15,423 bases of DNA, taken from the NCBI GenBank assembly GCA_038208905.1, contig JBBQYG010000091.1:1-15423 (forward strand), written 5' to 3'. The notes beneath the pieces are model-generated. The model did not search any database. It was not told the origin of the DNA and saw only the letters and a list, made by a program, of their open reading frames with translations. Origin of the DNA: Candidatus Sumerlaeia bacterium (GTDB lineage Bacteria; Sumerlaeota; Sumerlaeia; SLMS01). A program made the position numbers and the translations under genes. How positions within the stretch are numbered: position 1 is the stretch's first letter; every line of letters begins with the position of its first letter. This document shows positions 7,957-15,423 of this stretch, in pieces.

Positions 7957-10251
7957 TCAGAAGACCTTCCAGTTCGCCGGCGGCGCGGCCGGCACGTTGG
8001 TCGCCCCCGGGGTCATTCCCGGCAAGGTCACGATTCCCGCCCCGCCATCGGGGAGTCTCCCCTGGGAAACATTGGCCGTCTGCGCCGGGTAGGTCAGCGT
8101 ATCGATCGGCTGGACCTGATTCGCGTCGTTGTCGAAGATGCCGATGGACTCGCCCCCGGCGCTCAGTGCGAACGCCGCATGCAACGGACCCTCAAGCGGC
8201 TCGTTGTCGCACCACACCAGCAGGAAGCCCTTCGCCGGGATCATCGTCCCCGCGGGGAACTGCCACTTGGTCCGATTCAGCAGGTTGTCTGTGAGGTAGA
8301 GCCCCGTCAATTCCACCGCAGTGGCTTCGCCGTTGTAGATTTCCACCCAGTCATCGAAGTCCCCGGCTTCGTCCTGGGGGCCTGCGGAGTTGGATGCCAG
8401 GAACTCGTTGATAAACAGGCGCGGCGGCACGCGGGGCTCTCCCCCGCCACAATCGCCGGTGGTTCCATCGTTGATTGCCAGCGGCGTCGGGTTGCACATC
8501 GTCACCAGCCCATCGCCGCCATCGGGAACCCGCCCAAAGGAACGATTGTTGGTGAGCGGCGTGTAGGTCAGGTGATCGACCAGTACCCGGCCATTGGCCT
8601 CGTCCATGAACAAGCCCAGATTCTCGCCGGTTACCCCAAGTGCAAACGGCGCGTGCAACGGGCCCTCCAGCGGCTCGTTGTCGCACCACACCAGCAGGTA
8701 GCCCTTCGAGGGAATCGTGGTCCCCGCGGGGATCACCCACTTCAGCGGATCCAGCACATCGTCGGTCAGGTGCCAGCCGGAGACATCCACCGCCGCGTCC
8801 TCGTCGTTGTAGAGTTCAATCCAGTCCTCGAAGTCCCCAGCCTCGTCCTGGTTCGAGGCCGTATTGCTGGCAAGGGCCTCGTTGATAGACACGCGCGGCA
8901 GTGGAAGCGTCGGCGAGACGAAGCCTCCGATCTGGGACACGATCGACGCGCTCCGCGCGTTCATGTAGGGCTTGAGGCCCATCGTGTGATAGTCGCTGCC
9001 GTCATAGCTCGATGGGCTCGCGATGCCTGTGGCAAAGAAGGGTGAATGCTCCCCGCTGGTTGACTGCGTTCCCACCGTTCCGCCGCTTTCAATGGTGCCA
9101 TCGAAGTAGGGCAGGATCTGCGCGTGCCAGATGTCCAGCTTCGCCTGGTTCGCGGGGAGCACCAACAGCGCCGCCGCCGCCAGCAGATAGCGCCGGTACT
9201 GCGCCCGCCACGGGCTGTGGTCGAAGATCGCGCTGACCAGCGGCGCCGGCGTACTGCCAAAGCCGCCATTTCCCCACGTCGAGAAATTCCGCGTGGACCA
9301 GTTGCGCCCGAAGTAGTCCATTCCCAGGGAGTTGTCATAGTCGAAGGGGATGAATTCGAACCGGTTGGTATTCGGATTCCGGTACATGTAGTAGTTGTTG
9401 GCGCCATACCAGTAATCGTCCCACGATCCCACAGCCACATCCGCCGCAAGCGATCGCAGGAAGTTGTCGGTATTCAACGACGACTCGAGCTGCGTCAGCC
9501 GCTGCGCCGCCGTGGTATCGTTCAGCAAGCGGATGAAGTCCACCAAGTCTGTATAGACAGAGAGGGGATCGTTGTTCCCTTCATCATAGACCTGGCCACC
9601 GCCATACGTGGCATAGTCCTCGCCGGGGATCTTTGCCAAATCAGCCTTTCCGCCTCCGGCGTTGAGGCACTTGTAGAGGTTGCCGGTCTTGGTGCCGAAC
9701 CAGGAATCGGCAAATTCCTCGTCGATGTGCTCGGTGTGGACCTGTATGCTCCAGAAGTCGCCGTTGATATAGAGCGCCACGAAATGCGTTCGGGGCGCCG
9801 GCAAGCCCATCTGGCGAAGGATCTCGTGCGACATGCGGCGACGCAGGAAGGTGGGATCGTTGTGCTCGCCGTTCAGGTCGATGGACTCCAGCCCGTGAAA
9901 CGAGCGGCCGGGAACGAAGTCGTTGAAATCCAACTTCCACGACTTGCGCGTTGCCGAGCGCGTGAACTGGCCACCGCGCGGGCGAAAGCCCACATCGGCA
10001 ACCGTCTCGTCGATTACGGAATTCCGCCACCGGATCGTCGCATTCTTGTCCACATCGGCAAAGGGATCGGCAAGAAGGTCGGCGAAGTCCGTCGGCTCGA
10101 CCGTCACATCCACGCGCGCCACCTCTCCATCGCGGAAGACATTCGCGGCGGCATCCGCATAGTCCGCGTCGTTGGGCGGCGGCGTCCATGCGCCCGCCAC
10201 ACCGGCCAACATTGCCGCCACACCGCCCGCCACTGCTCGGAATCCCGCCAT
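7957..10251 (-). CDS. Secreted CotH-family kinase fused to two tandem lamin-tail domains (LTD)
   Basis: CotH motifs RGGQFTR, KSWKLDF, DPTFLR, APRTHFVALYING, GNLYK, WDDYWYGANNYYMY, FIPFDYDNSLG; two LTDs (INExLASN...DWIELYN / DWVEIYN...IPxKGYLLVWCD / GFLLVWCD...GRxPDG). Strong RBS GGAGGAG; signal peptide ...LAGVAGA|WT. Ends ...PPANWKVF. Confidence 0.93.
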   Translation of the reverse strand: MAGFRAVAGGVAAMLAGVAGAWTPPPNDADYADAAANVFRDGEVARVDVTVEPTDFADLLADPFADVDKNATIRWRNSVIDETVADVGFRPRGGQFTRSATRKSWKLDFNDFVPGRSFHGLESIDLNGEHNDPTFLRRRMSHEILRQMGLPAPRTHFVALYINGDFWSIQVHTEHIDEEFADSWFGTKTGNLYKCLNAGGGKADLAKIPGEDYATYGGGQVYDEGNNDPLSVYTDLVDFIRLLNDTTAAQRLTQLESSLNTDNFLRSLAADVAVGSWDDYWYGANNYYMYRNPNTNRFEFIPFDYDNSLGMDYFGRNWSTRNFSTWGNGGFGSTPAPLVSAIFDHSPWRAQYRRYLLAAAALLVLPANQAKLDIWHAQILPYFDGTIESGGTVGTQSTSGEHSPFFATGIASPSSYDGSDYHTMGLKPYMNARSASIVSQIGGFVSPTLPLPRVSINEALASNTASNQDEAGDFEDWIELYNDEDAAVDVSGWHLTDDVLDPLKWVIPAGTTIPSKGYLLVWCDNEPLEGPLHAPFALGVTGENLGLFMDEANGRVLVDHLTYTPLTNNRSFGRVPDGGDGLVTMCNPTPLAINDGTTGDCGGGEPRVPPRLFINEFLASNSAGPQDEAGDFDDWVEIYNGEATAVELTGLYLTDNLLNRTKWQFPAGTMIPAKGFLLVWCDNEPLEGPLHAAFALSAGGESIGIFDNDANQVQPIDTLTYPAQTANVSQGRLPDGGAGIVTLPGMTPGATNVPAAPPANWKVF
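7985..8892 (-). repeat. Intragenic tandem duplication encoding the two lamin-tail domains (period 474 nt)
   Basis: Identical 30-mer AGCGGCTCGTTGTCGCACCACACCAGCAGG at 8195-8224 and 8669-8698; CTCGTTGATA at 8404 and 8878; both pairs are offset by 474 nt. Confidence 0.85.
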
Positions 10252-10521
10252 TCCCTTGCTCCTCCATAGGTTCCGCGCTGTGCGCGCAACAGTGCAAACG
10301 ACTACACATGGAAGGGTGGGTCAATGGGGGGATTTGGAGCGTAAGCAGGTTTTGGTCAACCAGATGAAGGCTACACAAATTCGGCAAGCCGGCATCCATC
10401 TGGGCAGGCAACTACCCAATTGTTGAGGATTCCTCTTGCCCGAACCACATCTGTGGGCACATCCTCCGACTGCGCTGTCCATTTCCATGGCTGATCGCAC
10501 ATCCCACTCAAAGGTCGCACC

Positions 10522-12009
10522 ATGAAATCAAAGACGAAATTTTCGAGCATCGCTCTGTTGGCAGCAGCGTTGACGCTGACGGCGGGGACGGCTGGCGCTG
10601 CACCCTTCGCATCTCAAATCACCGTAAGCAGCACCAGCGTCGAGGTTGGCGACGGGCTGACGATCGCCTACTTCATCAATGAAGCCGGATCGACGGTCAC
10701 CATCGAGGTTCTTAGTAGCACAAACACAATCCTCGCGACATTCGCGGGAACCGCAACCGTCGGCGCCAACTCTGTCGTCTGGAACGGCACGGCAGACAAC
10801 GCCTCGGGCGCAGCGGTTGGCGCCGGATCCGGCCGCAAGGTCCAGATTACCGCGGCAAAGACGGCGGCCGCTGGCTGGGCTGAGATCGCCTCAAACCGGT
10901 CAGTCGGCAATTTTGGGGCTCCTGCTACGCTGAACACCCTGTTCGCTGGGTTTTCCGGCAGGGACGTCCATTCTTTCGATGATCCCAATTCGCCGCGATT
11001 CGGAATCGTCGTTTCCTCCTCCAGCTTCCTTACTCCTGCGCACTATGGATTCATCCCCTTCAATCCGGATTTGTCGGTCTATGGTGGCGGCGACGGTCTT
11101 ACGGCGCGCGTCATGAAGCACCCCGCTGATCCCCTCGTCGCGACCATTGGCGCAGTGACCAGCAATCAGGCCACCTGGGGCGTGGAGGCTGACCCCGACA
11201 ATTCTGAGAACCTGTATGTCTTCGGTCAGGGACTTCCCGATGTGACCTACGCAGACAACGCGGCTGCTGGCTCGGGTTTTGCCGACTTGACCAGTATCAG
11301 CCCGAATGCCGCAACTGCCAACTATCGCGGCGGCGCCGTCCAGACCTATGCCAGCGTCAAATTTGCGTACTTGGCTTCCGGCAATTCTACCATAACTCGG
11401 CGCCAGATTGACGGGACCAATCAGATTCTGCTCACACCCAGCGACAATATCCTCGGGCTGACCGCGACGAATCTCTACAGCCGCGAGGTCCTGTTCGACG
11501 CCGCCGGCAACCTCTACTGGGTTTCCCGTTTCGCCGCCAACGCCGCAACAGGCAATGGCCGCCTCTTCCGCTGGTCCGCTGCCTTGGCATCCGCTGCCGT
11601 TGCGGCCTCGTTGACTGAGGCCAATGCCGACTGGGTGGTGACGCTTCCCTCGACAGGTGCCGATGAGGTAACTGATGCCATCATTGCGCCGGATGGCAGT
11701 GTTTTCCTTGTCGCTGAGTCGGGCATCTATGCTGTCGGCAATACGTCGGACGCAACAAAGACGATCACTCTGACCGCCAGCGAGAAGGTGCTGGATTTCG
11801 CGGCGCTTTCTGGCGGCTTTGTCCTCGGCCCGCTTGGCGGCGCTGATATGGATTTCGCGGGCAATATCATCGTCTGTGAAAACGGAAACGAGCAGATCCG
11901 CACCTACACCCCCGGCGGCAACACGAGCGTCGTCGTCCCCGCGCCCTCCGCGCAGGCCTTCGACATCGTCATGCTGTCTAGCAGCCAGAACTGGGAAATG
12001 TACAAGTAA
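10522..12009 (+). CDS. Secreted protein with N-terminal FlgD-type Ig-like domain and putative beta-propeller; function unknown
   Basis: Classic Sec signal MKSKTKFSSIALLAAALTLTAGTAGA|APF; IAYFINEAGSTVTIEVL...GANSVVWNGTADNASGAAV resembles FlgD_ig; propeller-like blades (LFDAAGNLYW, IAPDGSVFL, MDFAGNIIV). Ends ...SSSQNWEMYK. Confidence 0.85.
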   Translation: MKSKTKFSSIALLAAALTLTAGTAGAAPFASQITVSSTSVEVGDGLTIAYFINEAGSTVTIEVLSSTNTILATFAGTATVGANSVVWNGTADNASGAAVGAGSGRKVQITAAKTAAAGWAEIASNRSVGNFGAPATLNTLFAGFSGRDVHSFDDPNSPRFGIVVSSSSFLTPAHYGFIPFNPDLSVYGGGDGLTARVMKHPADPLVATIGAVTSNQATWGVEADPDNSENLYVFGQGLPDVTYADNAAAGSGFADLTSISPNAATANYRGGAVQTYASVKFAYLASGNSTITRRQIDGTNQILLTPSDNILGLTATNLYSREVLFDAAGNLYWVSRFAANAATGNGRLFRWSAALASAAVAASLTEANADWVVTLPSTGADEVTDAIIAPDGSVFLVAESGIYAVGNTSDATKTITLTASEKVLDFAALSGGFVLGPLGGADMDFAGNIIVCENGNEQIRTYTPGGNTSVVVPAPSAQAFDIVMLSSSQNWEMYK

Positions 12010-12045
12010 GACTGTCGTCCCAGCGGCCTGTCGCTTCGATGAAGC

Positions 12046-12083
12046 CTACGCCTCCCACTCCGGTGGGAGGCGTAGATGTTTTT
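12046..12083 (+). terminator. Rho-independent terminator
   Basis: Perfect 13-bp stem CTACGCCTCCCAC / GTGGGAGGCGTAG with TCCG loop, followed by ATGTTTTT, 36 nt after the TAA at 12009. Confidence 0.88.
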
Positions 12084-12233
12084 ACCACCCCAATTCGGCC
12101 CGGTTGCGCACGCTCATTCCGCCCGTAGCAAAGCCGATCGGGGATCGGCATTCCCGGAAATACCCGTTGACCCTCCGCCTCCTGACCGGCGAAGGATTGG
12201 CGAATCAGCCCTCTCGCGCAGGTTCCCCTCCTC

Positions 12234-14123
12234 ATGGCCAAGACGCCCGACGCGCCCTATCAGGTGATCCCCCTCAAGTACCGCCCCCAGGTATTTTCCA
12301 CCGTGGTCGGGCAGCGGTCCGTGGTGCGCCAGTTGCAGACGGATATCCGCGACAATCGCATCGGGCACGCCTATCTGTTCACGGGTCCGCGCGGAGTCGG
12401 CAAGACGTCGATCGCGCGCATTCTGGCCAAGGCCCTGAACTGCGTGAAGGGGCCCACGCCGGACCCCTGTGGCGAGTGCGTCCATTGCCGCAGCATCGCC
12501 AACGACTCGGACTTTGACGTGATCGATGTGGACGCGTAGTCCTACACCAAGAAGGAGGAGACGATCGAGCTGCTTGAGGGGATCGACCGGGCCACCTTCG
12601 ACGCGCGATACAAGGTTTATATCATCGACGAAGTCCACATGTTCTCCACGCACTCCTTCAACGTGCTGCTCAAGCGACTGGAGGAGCCGCCCCCCGGCGT
12701 GGTGTTCATCCTGGCCACGACGAATCCGGAGAAGATTCCCGAGACCGTGATCTCGCGCTGTCGTCGCCTCGAATTCGACCGCATGGACACCACGGTGATC
12801 GTGGACCGCCTTCGCGATATCGCGGCGCGCGAGGGCGTGACCTTTGCCGATGGCGAGGCGGACAAGGTGCTGGAGGCCATCGCGCTGGCCAGCGAGGGCG
12901 GCATGCGCGACGCCCAGGTGGCGCTCGACCAGTTGATCTCCCTGAGCGATGGCACGGTGACCTTCGAGACCACGCGCCAGCTCCTCGGCGTGGTGGAAAG
13001 CGACCAGCTCCTCGCGCTGCTCAATGGACTCGTCCAGCGCGATTCCACCGCGTGCCTGCTGCTGATTCAGGACCTGGTGGACAAGGGCCGGGACCTACAC
13101 CGCTTCATCAAGACATTCACCGCCTTCCTCCGCGATGCGATGCTGCTAAAGGCCAACGCCCCGGTGGAGCTGCTGAAGGTGTCCCGGGCAAATCCCGAGA
13201 AGCTCCGCGCGGCGCTGGAGGGCCTTTCGCTCCCCGCGCTGATGAATTTCGTGCAGCAGTTCCTCGATCTGGAGGAGAAGATGCGCGGCGCGGCCCCCGC
13301 GCGATTCGTGCTGGAGTTCGCCGTGCTCAAGCTGACGGCGATCCACCCGCGCTTCGTCCTCGACGCGCTGGACAAGCCCACGCTCGACCGCGTGGCCCCG
13401 GCCCCCGCCACCGAGCCGAAACCAGCACCCACGCCCGTTGCCAGCGCACCGGCAAGCCAATCGATGGAGCGCGTCAGCGAGCCCGCAGGTTCGGGGGGGT
13501 ACTCCCCCACCGCTTCGCGCGCCGCGGCACCGATCCTCCACGATGGCAGCCACGCCAACGCGGCGCTGGAACTCCCCGACATCGAAGTGGACGAGCCATC
13601 GCCGTCCGTCGTGTATCCCGCCCCCGAAATGGTGACGCTGTCGCGCGCCCGCGCATTCGACGACGGTGCCCTGAACCGGTTCCGCGAGGAGACCGACCTG
13701 CGCCTCCCCGCGCACCTCCGCGTGATGCGCGCGGCGACGGCCCGCCTCGATGGGGAGGGCATGTTGACGCTGCTCCTTTCCGCCAACGATGGCGTCGTGC
13801 GCCAGTCCCTCGAACGCCCCGAGATCGCTTCGATCTTCCGCGCTGTCGCCGCCGAAGTCCTCGGCGACGGCGTCCGCATTCGCATCGAGGTAGCCGCGCC
13901 GGAACCCTCCGAAAGCGCCGACCGCGACGCGTATCCCGATATGCCACCCCTGTTTGACGACGAGGAGGAGTCGGTGTCGCCCCCCGGCAAGCCCGCTGCC
14001 ACGGAGCGTATGAGCTTCACCGAGGCCCTGATGCGGTTCCCTGACTTCCGCGCGGCCATCGACCTCGTCAGAAACCATTGCGGCGTCGATCCCCACCTCT
14101 TTAATGGCGAACGCATTTCGTAA
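12234..14123 (+). CDS. dnaX: DNA polymerase III subunit gamma/tau, interrupted by one in-frame TAG at codon 102 (12537-12539)
   Basis: KYRPQ, HAYLFTGPRGVGKT (Walker A), Zn module CVKG...PCGECVHC, DVDA*S, YKVYIIDEVHM (Walker B), LEEPP, SRC, GGMRDA. ORF-track pieces 12234-12539 and 12639-14123 are in the same frame and the intervening codons are open. It may be a pseudogene, a readthrough case or a sequence error. Confidence 0.93.
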
Positions 14124-14147
14124 TTCGCCACGACCACAGGAAACCGC

Positions 14148-14459
14148 ATGTTCGACCCCGCCATGATTCAGAAGCTCCAGAAGGACCTCCACAAGCGCAT
14201 CGACCGCATGAAGGAGGAGATGAAAACAAAGTACGTCGAAGGATCTGCCGGCGGCGGGGTGGTGACGGTTGTCAGCAACGGGAACTCCGAGATCACGGAA
14301 GTCCGCATCAAGGCCGAGGCTCTGGACCCCGACGATCCCGAAATGCTTCAGGATCTCGTCCTCGCCGCGACCAATCAGGCCCTCGAGAAGGCCCGCAAGC
14401 TGAACGAGGACAGCGTCAGCGAGATCACCGGCGGCATCAAGCTACCCGGCTTCTTCTGA
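14148..14459 (+). CDS. ybaB: YbaB/EbfC nucleoid-associated protein
   Basis: VEGSAGGGVVTV, LDPDDPEMLQDLVLAATNQA, GGIKLPGFF; canonical dnaX-ybaB-recR synteny. Confidence 0.95.
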   Translation: MFDPAMIQKLQKDLHKRIDRMKEEMKTKYVEGSAGGGVVTVVSNGNSEITEVRIKAEALDPDDPEMLQDLVLAATNQALEKARKLNEDSVSEITGGIKLPGFF

Positions 14460-14470
14460 TCGGGAGCCAA

Positions 14471-15073
14471 ATGGCCCTCCCCCTTCCCATCGAACGACTC
14501 ATCGCCGAGTTCGCGCGCTTTCCCGGCGTCGGGCGCCGCAGCGCCGAGCGCATGGCGCTCGACTTGGTGACTGCCGCGCCGGGCCGCGTGGGTGGCCTCA
14601 TGGACGCGCTTCGCGCCGTGGAGAACGAGGTGGCGCTCTGCGAGCGCTGCGGCTACTTTTCCAGTGGCGGCGAATGCCTCGTCTGCTCCCAGCAACGCCA
14701 GCGCGAAATCCTCCTCGTGGTGGAGAAGCCCCTGGATGTGGTGGCGTTCGAGAAGGCCGGCGGATTCCGCGGCGGCTACCACGTGCTGGGGGGCCACCTC
14801 TCGCCGCTCAAGGGAATCGGCCCCGCGATGCTCAGGCTCGATAGCCTCTTCGAACGCCTCGCCAACCCCGAAGTGAGCGAACTCATCCTTGCCACCTCGC
14901 CCAGCGTGGAGGGCGACGCGACGGCGCTGTACATCGCGCGCCATGCCGAGCGCGACGGCCTCGCGGTCACTCGCCTCGGACGCGGCATGCCCATGGGCGC
15001 CTCGCTGGAGTTCGCCGACTCCGGCACGCTGCGCATGGCGCTCGAGGGGCGCCGCTCCCTCGACGGCCGATGA
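14471..15073 (+). CDS. recR: Recombination mediator RecR
   Basis: HhH PGVGRRSAERMA, C4 zinc finger CERC...CLVC, Toprim VVE, YHVLGGHLSPLKGIGP, ATSPSVEGDATA. Confidence 0.96.
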   Translation: MALPLPIERLIAEFARFPGVGRRSAERMALDLVTAAPGRVGGLMDALRAVENEVALCERCGYFSSGGECLVCSQQRQREILLVVEKPLDVVAFEKAGGFRGGYHVLGGHLSPLKGIGPAMLRLDSLFERLANPEVSELILATSPSVEGDATALYIARHAERDGLAVTRLGRGMPMGASLEFADSGTLRMALEGRRSLDGR

Positions 15074-15423
15074 ATCGCGACCTGCATACCGCCAAGAGCG
15101 ACACCGTTCTGGCCCACCTGCCAGTGCGGCGGAAACGCGCGGGCCTTGCCCTTGCCGAGGGGGAGCGCGTGGCCGCGATGGCGCTGGATGGCGCGTGGGA
15201 GGCACTGCTCCTGTTCATGCGGGAGGACTTTGCCGGCACCAGCGTCGCGCAGCAATTCCACGAGGCCGCCGGTGCCCGGAAGATTCGCGTGATCCATTGC
15301 AATGCCGGGGCGATGGAGAAGCTCAGCGACTGCGAAACGCCGCCCCCCGTGGGTGTGCTTGTACGCCCCCCCGGCGTGACGGCGCTCCCCGATTCGAGCC
15401 GCATCCTCGTGCTCGATGGCGTC
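15070..15423 (+). CDS. TrmH/SpoU-family RNA methyltransferase, 3' end truncated by window edge
   Basis: Manual translation from ATG 15070 (ATGA overlap with recR): MNRDLHTAKS...GLALAEGERVAAMAL...MEKLSDCETPPPVGVLV...RILVLDGV, open to the window end. The AEG, KLSDxETP and LVLDGV pattern fits the SpoU N-terminal region. Not in the ORF track. Confidence 0.82.
   Translation, partial: MNRDLHTAKSDTVLAHLPVRRKRAGLALAEGERVAAMALDGAWEALLLFMREDFAGTSVAQQFHEAAGARKIRVIHCNAGAMEKLSDCETPPPVGVLVRPPGVTALPDSSRILVLDGV

Noticed and set aside
758-10269. Long plus-strand ORFs (758-2014, 2239-3231, 3460-4473, 5732-6775, 7741-9045, 9124-10269)
   Set aside because: These are antisense shadows of well-supported minus-strand genes in high-GC DNA, with Arg-rich composition and no recognisable motifs.
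10340-10470. Inverted repeats in the divergent intergenic region (CCAGATG...CATCTGG; CCACA-TC-TGTGG) as a riboswitch or operator
   Set aside because: They are short and match no RNA family or operator consensus I recognise, so they cannot be told apart from chance.
12010-12233. SRP RNA (ffs) or tRNA upstream of dnaX, as in many bacteria
   Set aside because: No SRP domain IV motif (CAGG...GGAA...AGCAG) and no tRNA T-loop or cloverleaf is visible; the main hairpin is explained as a terminator.
13491-13510. G7 run (TCG GGG GGG TAC) near dnaX codon 420 as a gamma-producing frameshift site
   Set aside because: The position resembles the E. coli site, but it is not an A-rich slippery motif. The -1 frame stays open to 13957 and the +1 frame to 13635, so no immediate stop gives a clean gamma.
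13052-15404. Alternative-frame and minus-strand ORFs over dnaX, ybaB, recR and the TrmH gene
   Set aside because: They overlap conserved genes, have low-complexity Arg/Pro/Ser translations and show no domain signatures.
1-15423. Mobile element, prophage or defence system
   Set aside because: No integrase, transposase, phage, nuclease or toxin-antitoxin motifs were found, and no terminal repeats flank the secreted-protein block.

Overview
High-GC bacterial chromosomal window with three blocks. (1) 1-4224, minus strand: a housekeeping run of hypothetical coiled-coil/winged-HTH gene, ybeY, era, RsmB/NOP2-family m5C methyltransferase, def and a truncated small membrane protein. (2) 4305-12083: four genes for predicted secreted proteins (pentaheme cytochrome c, FG-GAP/ASPIC-UnbV protein, CotH kinase with two lamin-tail domains, and a divergently transcribed FlgD-Ig/putative beta-propeller protein), plus a decayed GGDEF fragment. 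(3) 12234-15423, plus strand: dnaX-ybaB/ebfC-recR and a partial TrmH-family methyltransferase. Two signals stand out. All four unrelated secreted proteins end in a similar short tail, W-x-[ILVM]-[F/Y/Q]-(K)-stop, which none of the cytoplasmic proteins here has and which may be an uncharacterised C-terminal sorting or secretion signal. Also, the normally essential dnaX is interrupted by a single in-frame TAG (12537-12539) inside the conserved DAAS motif, while no gene in the window terminates with TAG. All domain calls are from motif recognition by eye; no searches were run.
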